A DNA stretch of 64,000 nucleotides. Source: an uncultured Desulfuromonas sp. (GTDB taxonomy: Bacteria > Desulfobacterota > Desulfuromonadia > Desulfuromonadales > Desulfuromonadaceae). A program made the translations under genes and the position numbers. Below are positions 48,529-56,111 of this stretch, piece after piece. How positions within the stretch are numbered: position 1 is the first letter of the stretch; each line of letters begins with the position of its first letter. The notes under the pieces were generated by a model. It saw only the letters and a list, made by a program, of their open reading frames with translations, was not told where the DNA came from and did not search any database. The DNA lies in assembly GCA_964508035.1 (NCBI GenBank), contig CAZDRL010000002.1, forward strand, positions 20,828 through 84,827, given 5' to 3'.

Positions 48529-49686
48529 TTATTTATTGACTGAAGTTGTGGCGGCTTCACTGATGCCAAATTCAGCAAAGTTTTCCGGCAGGTCACTAAA
48601 TACCGCGTAGAATGGGATTGATTCTCCGGGCTGAACGGAAACATTGGAAAGTCCAGCCCCAAGTTTGTTAGACATCGACCCCTGCAACTGCTCTAAGGTT
48701 GCGGAACGGAGTTCGTCTCTGCTGATAGGGTTGCCGCAAAAGACTTTGATGCTCCTGAGCACGGTGCCGTCAGAGGCATGCAATGTCGCAATAACCGCAA
48801 TTTCTCCCTGCGGTTGAGCACTGATATTGGTAACTTTGCCCGTAACTACAAACAGGGATCCGAGGTGGTCGTTATTGATGTAGAAATTGTCTCCGCTCTG
48901 AATGCTTATAGAGGGACCTGCAGGTTTTGGTTGTGGGTTTAGCCATTGATTCACTTGCTGTTCAACCTTGCTGATCAGTTGAGGGGCGGAGGTAACTCCA
49001 TACGTCACAAAATAGTACGCAAAGACTCCCGCCCCTATAAGGAGGATGAGAAGCAGAGCCAGGAGTAGCTTCGAGCCTTTCTTTTTAGACTTTGTTGCTC
49101 TCGCTTCAGGAGCAGTGTCGACCGGGTCTGGTTGTGGCGCAAGAACAACGCTGTCCACGGGAGTATCTTCCGTGGCATCAGGCATAGCTGGGGGTTCTGG
49201 AGTTTCGTCACGGAGAGTATCGTCAAGGGGGTCAAAGATAAACTCGTTGGAATCACTGTCCAGTGCTTGCGCAGATCCCGCGAGAGCGGAGTCTTGCTCC
49301 TTGGGAGGCTCTGCTTCTGCCGAAGGATCCAGGCTGAATTCTTTTGTGCTGGTCCAGAAGTCGTCCTCTTCTTGCGTTTCTTCAACGGGTGTATCTATGG
49401 CAAACGTACTCTCTTGAGCAGAGGTATCAGCGGAGAATTCGGTAAAAGTAGATTCGGCTAGAGGCACAGAAGTGTCAGGAGTGCGACTTAAGCTTTGCGC
49501 TTCAGGGGTGGATAAGTCTGCAGGCTGTGCAAGAGATTCTTCAGCGCGAGATTCCCCAATGTCCGATTGGGCATCTATCCTGAAGACGTTGCCACAGCGG
49601 ATGCAGCGCACTTGAGCTTCACCATTTTGGAGTTGGGCAGAATCAAATTGATATGTGGTTTCGCATTGCTCGCATTGGATTATCAT
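48529..49686 (-). CDS. MJ0042-type zinc-ribbon protein with an acidic linker, one TM segment and a DUF3426-like C-terminal domain
   Basis: 385 aa. N-terminus is MIIQCEQCETTYQFD...VRCIRCGNVFRI. A D/E/T/P-rich region is followed by a TM segment (LLLALLLILLIGAGVFAYYFV) and a beta-rich C-terminal domain. Confidence 0.7.
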   Translation of the reverse strand: MIIQCEQCETTYQFDSAQLQNGEAQVRCIRCGNVFRIDAQSDIGESRAEESLAQPADLSTPEAQSLSRTPDTSVPLAESTFTEFSADTSAQESTFAIDTPVEETQEEDDFWTSTKEFSLDPSAEAEPPKEQDSALAGSAQALDSDSNEFIFDPLDDTLRDETPEPPAMPDATEDTPVDSVVLAPQPDPVDTAPEARATKSKKKGSKLLLALLLILLIGAGVFAYYFVTYGVTSAPQLISKVEQQVNQWLNPQPKPAGPSISIQSGDNFYINNDHLGSLFVVTGKVTNISAQPQGEIAVIATLHASDGTVLRSIKVFCGNPISRDELRSATLEQLQGSMSNKLGAGLSNVSVQPGESIPFYAVFSDLPENFAEFGISEAATTSVNK

Positions 49687-49787
49687 ATGTGGTAGCAGCC
49701 TCCGACTGGGGGACAGGGTTTGTCTGTTAGTGTATGGCGCAAATTTTTGTGGTTAAAGGCTTGGGTGGAAATCCCATGGTAAATGTT

Positions 49788-50291
49788 TTAAATGGTGTAT
49801 ATCTGCCCCAGGTGGCGGAATTTGCCGCCATGGTCAAGACCATATCCTACAACAAATTTATCTTCAATTTCCATCCCCACATAGTCAGCTTCTATGTCGG
49901 TTTCGCGGCGCTCTTTTTTGTCCAACAGGGTGCAAATGCGCAGCGAAGCCGGGTTGCGCTCACCTAAAACGTGACGCAGACACGAGAGGGTATGACCGCT
50001 GTCTAGAATATCTTCAATGATAATAACATGTTTCCCGGAGATATCGCCATGCAGATCAAGGATTATTTCAACGTCGCGGTTGGAACGTGTGCCATTGTGG
50101 TAGCTGGCGACCTGCATAAATTCAAGGGAGACCGGAACGCTGATGTTGCGAACCAGGTCTGCGGCAAACATGAAAGCCCCCTTCAGAACGACTACGGCAA
50201 CAATATCGTGCCCCACGTAGTCGCGACTGATATCTGCCCCTATACGCATCACTTCGGCAGCAATATGCTCTTTGGAATAGAGTAGTTCCAT
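49788..50291 (-). CDS. hpt: Hypoxanthine phosphoribosyltransferase
   Basis: 167 aa with PRPP-binding motif VIIIEDILDSGHTL. Confidence 0.9.
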   Translation of the reverse strand: MELLYSKEHIAAEVMRIGADISRDYVGHDIVAVVVLKGAFMFAADLVRNISVPVSLEFMQVASYHNGTRSNRDVEIILDLHGDISGKHVIIIEDILDSGHTLSCLRHVLGERNPASLRICTLLDKKERRETDIEADYVGMEIEDKFVVGYGLDHGGKFRHLGQIYTI

Positions 50292-50357
50292 GGTAGTTAT
50301 GTACTCGTGTAATTAGAAAGGTTTTAGTCTGTTTTTAAGGGCAAATAGATAACTGAC

Positions 50358-50386
50358 TCTATAACAATCAGGGGTGTGTTTGTCAA
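50358..50386 (-). promoter_or_regulatory. Candidate sigma70 promoter for hpt
   Basis: On the minus strand: TTGACA (50386-50381), 17-nt spacer, TATAGA (50363-50358). It lies about 65 nt upstream of the hpt ATG. Confidence 0.4.
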
Positions 50387-50871
50387 TTTATCTGCTTTTA
50401 TCTCAAATGTTTTGTCGCTCGATGATTAAGTAATTCAAAATACTCACTTGAAAGCATACGCTCGAAGAGAGGGTGCGCTGCGGTCGCGGACTCGAAACGC
50501 TTTCTGTGGACGCATGCCTGGTCTGCAATATCTCTGTCGACAGGTAAGCTTGAGAGCGTGCGGCTGTGCGGCTTGACTTTGCAAAGGGCGCATGGTTAGC
50601 CAACCACATAACGGAGAATAGCGCTGATGCCCATTTATTTATATTGTCGAACGCGGCAAAGAAGAGTATACCCAGCGCAATCATCGGAGCGTGCTCTCCA
50701 CTCTTCTGTGAAGGGGAGAAATGGTGGCGCGAGGAAAACGCCTGGTTCTGCATGAAATTAAATGGTTTAGCGCACCACTAACGGCAGCTCTGCCGTAGGT
50801 CTGAATATGCAAGTCCGCAAAGTGCCACTTGTACAGCATCTGTATCTAACCCCAGTGGATGAATGTAGTAT

Positions 50872-51369
50872 ATGGAAAACTCTACCCGTACAGTGCCTGC
50901 CGATACCAGCCCTGCGCTGATGTGTCTGGGGTGGCGCGAATGGATCTGTTTGCCTGAATTCGGGATTGAGCGAATAAAGGCGAAGGTTGATACCGGAGCC
51001 AGAACTTCGGCACTGCACGCATTTTTCATCGAACCCTTTACCACGCCTGCAGGGGTAAAGATGGTGCGTTTCGGTATTCATCCACGCCAACGCGACATAA
51101 ATACGGAAGTTGTATGCACCTTGCCGGTAAAGGATGAGCGCCAGGTTACCGATTCTGGCGGACACCGTGAGATGCGCTACGTGGTTGAAACTGAAGTAAT
51201 GTTAGGCGCGAGAACCTGGCGCGTGGAGATGACCCTTACCAATCGCGATAATATGAAATTCCGTATGTTGCTCGGACGTACTGCGATGCGCGGCATGGCA
51301 GTGATTCCGCACCACTCGTACCTGCAAGGAAAAAATCACGCTGTGGTACAGAATTTTTCTCTACGCTGA
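50872..51369 (+). CDS. RimB-like retropepsin-fold protein (DUF785, annotated as putative ATP-dependent zinc protease)
   Basis: 165 aa. LGWREWICLPEFG...IKAKVDTGARTSALHA is the DUF785 signature with a DTGA aspartic-protease-like motif. It lies directly upstream of rimK. Confidence 0.75.
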   Translation: MENSTRTVPADTSPALMCLGWREWICLPEFGIERIKAKVDTGARTSALHAFFIEPFTTPAGVKMVRFGIHPRQRDINTEVVCTLPVKDERQVTDSGGHREMRYVVETEVMLGARTWRVEMTLTNRDNMKFRMLLGRTAMRGMAVIPHHSYLQGKNHAVVQNFSLR

Positions 51370-51515
51370 GGGGCGTTAAGTGCAAAAAACATGTTGCATG
51401 TTTAAAATATTGGCTAATTGTTACAACATCGCAGGATTGAAGTTGCTGCGGATAAACAGTTGATTTGATCATTAATTCAGGGTGTAAAAGCTGTAAGGCA
51501 GGGAGGTATTCCCCC

Positions 51516-52421
51516 ATGAAAATAGGAGTTTTATCGCGCAATCCAGATTTGTATTCTACTCGGAGGTTAGTGGAGGCAGGCGAGGAACTCGGACACGAAA
51601 TGCATGTAATCGATCCCCTGCGGTGCTATATGACCATCGCAACTCAGCGCCCCACCATCCACTATCGTGGGCATGAACTCGAAGGCTTTGATGCCATCAT
51701 CCCCCGTATTGGAGCTTCCATAACCTTTTATGGCACCGCCGTTGTGCGTCAGTTTGAGATGATGGGGGTATACAGCGTCAACGAATCGGTCGCCATCAGT
51801 CGCTCGCGCGACAAGTTGCGCAGTCTGCAACTTCTTGCGCGCCGCGGTATCGGGTTGCCGGTAACTGGGTTTGCCCATTCCACCCAGCACACCCAAGATC
51901 TTATCAAGCTGGTTGGGGGCGCGCCTCTGGTGGTGAAGCTTCTTGAAGGGACCCAGGGGATTGGGGTAGTTCTAGCCGAAACCGAACAGGCAGCGGGAAG
52001 CGTTATTGAAGCGTTTCGCGGTCTGAAAGAGCAAATTCTGGTGCAAGAGTTCATCCGTGAGGCTAAAGGCGCTGATCTGCGCTGTTTCGTCCTTGGGGAT
52101 AAAGTTGTAGCCGCAATGAAACGCCAAGGCAAAGAGGGTGAGTTTCGTTCCAATCTGCATCGGGGAGGAAGCGCCAGTCTGGTGAAGCTGACTCCGGAAG
52201 AGCGCTCTACTGCAGTGCGCGCCGCCAGGATTATGGGACTCAATGTCGCAGGGGTTGATCTGTTGCGCTCCAACCATGGTCCTGTTGTTATGGAAGTCAA
52301 TTCATCGCCCGGGCTGGAGGGGATTGAAACCGCGACCCAGAAAGATCTGGCAAGTGCCATAATTAACTACGTGAATCGTCAGGCTCGCCCCGGCAGAACC
52401 AAAACGCGGGGGAAGGGATAG
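51516..52421 (+). CDS. rimK: RimK-family ATP-grasp alpha-L-glutamate ligase
   Basis: 301 aa from ATG 51516, with GGGAGG at 51501-51506. Sequence [18 protein letters not shown]... and an ATP-grasp pattern ([28 protein letters not shown]). Confidence 0.9.
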   Translation: MKIGVLSRNPDLYSTRRLVEAGEELGHEMHVIDPLRCYMTIATQRPTIHYRGHELEGFDAIIPRIGASITFYGTAVVRQFEMMGVYSVNESVAISRSRDKLRSLQLLARRGIGLPVTGFAHSTQHTQDLIKLVGGAPLVVKLLEGTQGIGVVLAETEQAAGSVIEAFRGLKEQILVQEFIREAKGADLRCFVLGDKVVAAMKRQGKEGEFRSNLHRGGSASLVKLTPEERSTAVRAARIMGLNVAGVDLLRSNHGPVVMEVNSSPGLEGIETATQKDLASAIINYVNRQARPGRTKTRGKG

Positions 52422-53462
52422 ATGCAGAAAAATAAGCCCTTTGAGTTTGGTGGGATAACCGTTGCACCAGGTGCGCGTGCAAGTGTGGATCTGGATATCG
52501 CGCGCCTCTATACCCACAACGATATGACCTTGCCGGTGCAGGTGGTTAACGGACGTCGTGCGGGTCCAGTGATGTTTGTGAGTGCGGCCGTGCATGGAGA
52601 TGAGATCAACGGAGTGGAGATTATCCGCCGTCTGCTCGCGCATAAAAATCTTACCAAACTGCGTGGCACCTTACTCGCGATTCCGCTGGTGAATCCGTAC
52701 GGATTTATCCATCGGTCGCGCTACATGCCCGATCGGCGCGATCTTAATCGGGCATTTCCTGGCTCCCCCAAAGGCTCGCTGGCCGGACGTCTGGCGTACC
52801 GCTTTATGCGCGATGTGGCGAGCAGGTGTGATTTTGGGGTAGATCTACACACCGGATCCAATTACCGTACCAATCTGGCCCAGGTACGTGCAAATCTGGA
52901 GCATAAACGCACGCGCGAATTAGCCATGGCCTTCGGTGCGCCACTTATTATTGATTCCTCTCTGCGCGAGGGCTCTTTGCGTGCAGCGGTATCCTCACTG
53001 GGAAAGCCAGTGCTGGTGTATGAAGGGGGGGAGGCGTTGTACTTTAACGAATCCGCTATCCGCACCGGTTTGCGAGGCTTGTGGCGTTTGATGCACCATA
53101 CCGGCATGCTCCCTTTGCGGCGGCAGAGCGCACGCTTCGAGCCCATTGTGGCGCACAAGAGCAGTTGGGTGCGTGCCCCCATGAGTGGGATCTTTTCCAA
53201 CAGCGTTAGTCTGGGAGCCATTGTGGAAAAAGGTGATAGCATGGGAACTCTGAGCGCACCCCTAGGCGAAGAGTCTGCCCAGGTGCTTGCTCCGTTCAGC
53301 GGCGTCGTAATCGGGCGCCTCAATCTCCCCCTTGCGTACGAAGGTGATGCGTTATTGCATCTGGCGCGTATTTATGCAGAAGAGGACGCGGAGGAGACCA
53401 TGGATGAGTACACCTCATATTTGCGTGACGATGAAGTTGAGATAGATGTGCTGGGACGTTAA
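52422..53462 (+). CDS. Succinylglutamate desuccinylase/aspartoacylase-family zinc deacylase (M14-like)
   Basis: 346 aa with zinc-site motif AAVHGDEINGVE. The start abuts the rimK stop. Confidence 0.8.
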   Translation: MQKNKPFEFGGITVAPGARASVDLDIARLYTHNDMTLPVQVVNGRRAGPVMFVSAAVHGDEINGVEIIRRLLAHKNLTKLRGTLLAIPLVNPYGFIHRSRYMPDRRDLNRAFPGSPKGSLAGRLAYRFMRDVASRCDFGVDLHTGSNYRTNLAQVRANLEHKRTRELAMAFGAPLIIDSSLREGSLRAAVSSLGKPVLVYEGGEALYFNESAIRTGLRGLWRLMHHTGMLPLRRQSARFEPIVAHKSSWVRAPMSGIFSNSVSLGAIVEKGDSMGTLSAPLGEESAQVLAPFSGVVIGRLNLPLAYEGDALLHLARIYAEEDAEETMDEYTSYLRDDEVEIDVLGR

Positions 53463-53501
53463 AAAAACAGTCTGTAGAGTAAAAATAAAGCGAGGGAATA
53501 G

Positions 53502-56003
53502 ATGTATTCCATGATTACACGTTTGATGTTGCAGGTGAGCGTAATCTTCGTCTGCGCTATGTGTGTATTGCCCCCGAGCAGTGCCAGGGCTGAAGTTCAG
53601 GGTGGCGCAGAAGCCACAACCAAACCAGCCCCAGAGTCAAAACCTCTCTTTCCAAGTGCTGCTGAGGTTGTCTCCAGGGCCATCATTGCGCGCCAGGAGA
53701 TGGACGCAGCACAGGAAACCCTTAGAAATGTTGCCGATCTTGGTGGGTGGCAGAGCACACTGAACGAAAGAAAAATTAAACAGGTTGAACTCAGCGCCAG
53801 GATGCAGGAGATAGGGGATCTGCAGAACCAGAGTTTTGAACGACTGCTCCGTTTTGCCCGCTTGCTCCAGGCGCACAAAAAAAATCTACAGGATGATATA
53901 GCGCGCATTTCATCCCAGATTTCAGACTTTGATAAGATGCGCAACCACTGGCGTGAGCGCTACACTTACTGGGAAGATTGGCGCGAACAGTTAAACAAAC
54001 AGGAGTCTGAATTTCCTGCGGGGGAGTTTAGTCAGATCTTTGAAGAAAACAAACTGCTGCGCGAAAAAACAGTTTCTCTCAACAACGACTACATCGAGCT
54101 CCAGAAGCAGTTCGTCGACCTGCTTGAAGCCAATAATGTCTACGAAAAAAAGGTGGAAACCGAACTGCAAAACCTGCGTTCCACCACATTCAACAAAACT
54201 GCACCTTCGTTTTTCAATCCAGCGTATTATCAGCAGTTTAATCCGGAAATACCCCACAAAATACTCGCTGAAATCGATAGTATTGACTGGCTGGTTTTCC
54301 AGGAGGTCGCTGCCGCGTGGTGGATAATTCTGCTGCAGGCACTGGTGATGCTCGCAGCGGTGTACACTATCAAACACTACGCCAAAGCCCATCACGAAGA
54401 TAAACAGTGGGGTTTTCTTATGGCGCATCCGTGGGCAAGTGGCATCTTTATTGCCATTGTTGCCGTTGGCACGCTGTATGAGGCCCCAAGCTTGATGCTC
54501 CGCTTTTATCTTGCACTGCTGATGGTTTTAAGTGTCTGTGTGTTGGTTGCAGGTATCATCAGGAAAAAGCGCCACCGCAACATGGTCTGGCTACTTGGTG
54601 GAGCGTATCTGGTCGCCCAGTTCATGCAGGTTATAAATCTTCCTATGCCGCTGATGCGCATGTTCATTGCGCTCCTCTCTCTGATATTGCTGCTGTTGCT
54701 GATTCCATATCGCGCTATAGCGCACAAGGAAAAAGAACACTGGAGCATCATTGCCGCTGTGTGGATTGGAATTGCGATCTCTGCGGTTTCACTTCTAGCG
54801 CAGGTGGGGGGGTATAGCAATCTGGCTGCGCGCTTAGTAGATGCGAGCTTTAAGACTGTATTTCTTGCTCTGGTAACTATGATGGTGATCAAACTCACCC
54901 AGGGAGGGGTTAATTTTGCGGTAAACCACCGCAAGATGCAACGCCTGTATTTTTTCCGCACTTTTGGGACGACGTTTAAAAACCAGGTAAACGCAATTGT
55001 AAAAATAGTGTTGATTATTAACGCCATTCTGGCGCTGGGGCAGATCTGGAGCGGCAGCAGCAGTATTGCTACAGTCTGGGACAAGGTTGCTTCTGCCGGG
55101 GTTGAAATAAGTGGTCTGCGGATCGATATCGCAACGTTGGTCAATGTCGGCGTTATTATGTACTGCACCGTTGTGCTCTCATGGTTTATACGTTCCATGT
55201 TCGATGCCGGAAAGATCGGCCCCCGTTATGTAGATTCCGGTGTGCGCGACTCGATCAATACCCTTATCCACTATTTCCTTATCTTCAGTGGAGTGATGTT
55301 ATGTTTTGGCGCTGCTGGGATTGGGATGCAGAATTTTGCCGTGATTGCCGGTGCCCTGAGTATCGGAATCGGCTTTGGTTTGCAAAATATAGTCAACAAT
55401 TTTATCAGCGGTATCATCCTGCTGTTTGAACGCCCCATCCGCAAAGGAGACACTATTATTATGGATGGCGAGTGGGCCGTGGTGCGCAATATTGGTCTAC
55501 GCTCCACGGTCGTGGAGACCTTCAACAAAGCTGAGCTCATTGTTCCCAATAGCGATCTGATTTCACAGAAGGTCACCAATCTGACCCATTCTAATGCCCA
55601 GTATCGGGTGGTGATGAATGTGGGGACAGCGTATGGCACCGACATGGAGCTCGTTCTGAAAATCCTAGAACAAGAAGCGGCCAAACATCCAAATGCAGCG
55701 AAAACTCCAGCTCCCTCAGCGTTGTTTGTCGGCTTTGGCAACAGCTCTCTAGATTTCAAATTGCGGATATGGCTGAACAATCTTGAATATAGCTTTAGCA
55801 TGTTTAGTGAGATCGGGATTGCAGTATACAAACGCTTTGCTGCAGAGGGGGTGGAGATTCCATTCCCACAGCAGGATCTGCATGTGCGTTCCATGGATGA
55901 GAAGGTGGTTGAAGCCTGGCGTGGTAAGGTTGAAGTGCATGACAGCACCTCAGGTGAGGCCAACATTTTAAACGAAAAAAATCTCAGCGAAAAAAGCGTG
56001 TAA
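53502..56003 (+). CDS. Large mechanosensitive channel of the MscS family (MscK/MscM-like)
   Basis: 833 aa. Signal peptide, ~230-aa periplasmic coiled-coil region, ~10 TM segments, and a C-terminal MscS core (..LLFERPIRKGDTIIMDGEW..). Confidence 0.85.
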   Translation: MYSMITRLMLQVSVIFVCAMCVLPPSSARAEVQGGAEATTKPAPESKPLFPSAAEVVSRAIIARQEMDAAQETLRNVADLGGWQSTLNERKIKQVELSARMQEIGDLQNQSFERLLRFARLLQAHKKNLQDDIARISSQISDFDKMRNHWRERYTYWEDWREQLNKQESEFPAGEFSQIFEENKLLREKTVSLNNDYIELQKQFVDLLEANNVYEKKVETELQNLRSTTFNKTAPSFFNPAYYQQFNPEIPHKILAEIDSIDWLVFQEVAAAWWIILLQALVMLAAVYTIKHYAKAHHEDKQWGFLMAHPWASGIFIAIVAVGTLYEAPSLMLRFYLALLMVLSVCVLVAGIIRKKRHRNMVWLLGGAYLVAQFMQVINLPMPLMRMFIALLSLILLLLLIPYRAIAHKEKEHWSIIAAVWIGIAISAVSLLAQVGGYSNLAARLVDASFKTVFLALVTMMVIKLTQGGVNFAVNHRKMQRLYFFRTFGTTFKNQVNAIVKIVLIINAILALGQIWSGSSSIATVWDKVASAGVEISGLRIDIATLVNVGVIMYCTVVLSWFIRSMFDAGKIGPRYVDSGVRDSINTLIHYFLIFSGVMLCFGAAGIGMQNFAVIAGALSIGIGFGLQNIVNNFISGIILLFERPIRKGDTIIMDGEWAVVRNIGLRSTVVETFNKAELIVPNSDLISQKVTNLTHSNAQYRVVMNVGTAYGTDMELVLKILEQEAAKHPNAAKTPAPSALFVGFGNSSLDFKLRIWLNNLEYSFSMFSEIGIAVYKRFAAEGVEIPFPQQDLHVRSMDEKVVEAWRGKVEVHDSTSGEANILNEKNLSEKSV

Positions 56004-56040
56004 GGATTAATACAGACATTTACTCTTTAAGTATCGTTAA

Positions 56041-56090
56041 CCCCAAAGCCCCTCCAACGCATAAACATATGCGCTGGAGGGGCTTTGGGG
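56041..56090. terminator. Long hairpin between convergent mscK-like and M16 peptidase genes (bidirectional terminator)
   Basis: ccccaaagcccctccaacgcat-aaac-atgcgctggaggggctttgggg. The stem is ~22 bp with one mismatch. Confidence 0.7.
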
Positions 56091-56111
56091 TGGGGGAAAA
56101 TCAAGCTGAAA

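Noticed and set aside
50487-50497. A GTTTCGAGTCC segment (minus strand) resembling a tRNA/tmRNA T-loop.
   Set aside because: The flanking bases cannot form a 5-bp T-stem or an acceptor stem. There is no CCA-proximal structure and no tag-peptide ORF.
50403-50753. A 116-aa minus-strand ORF, and a 71-aa plus-strand ORF at 50566-50781, in the hpt / DUF785 intergenic region.
   Set aside because: Neither has an RBS or recognisable motifs. Their composition looks like a random translation, and they overlap each other. I treated the region as non-coding or unknown instead.
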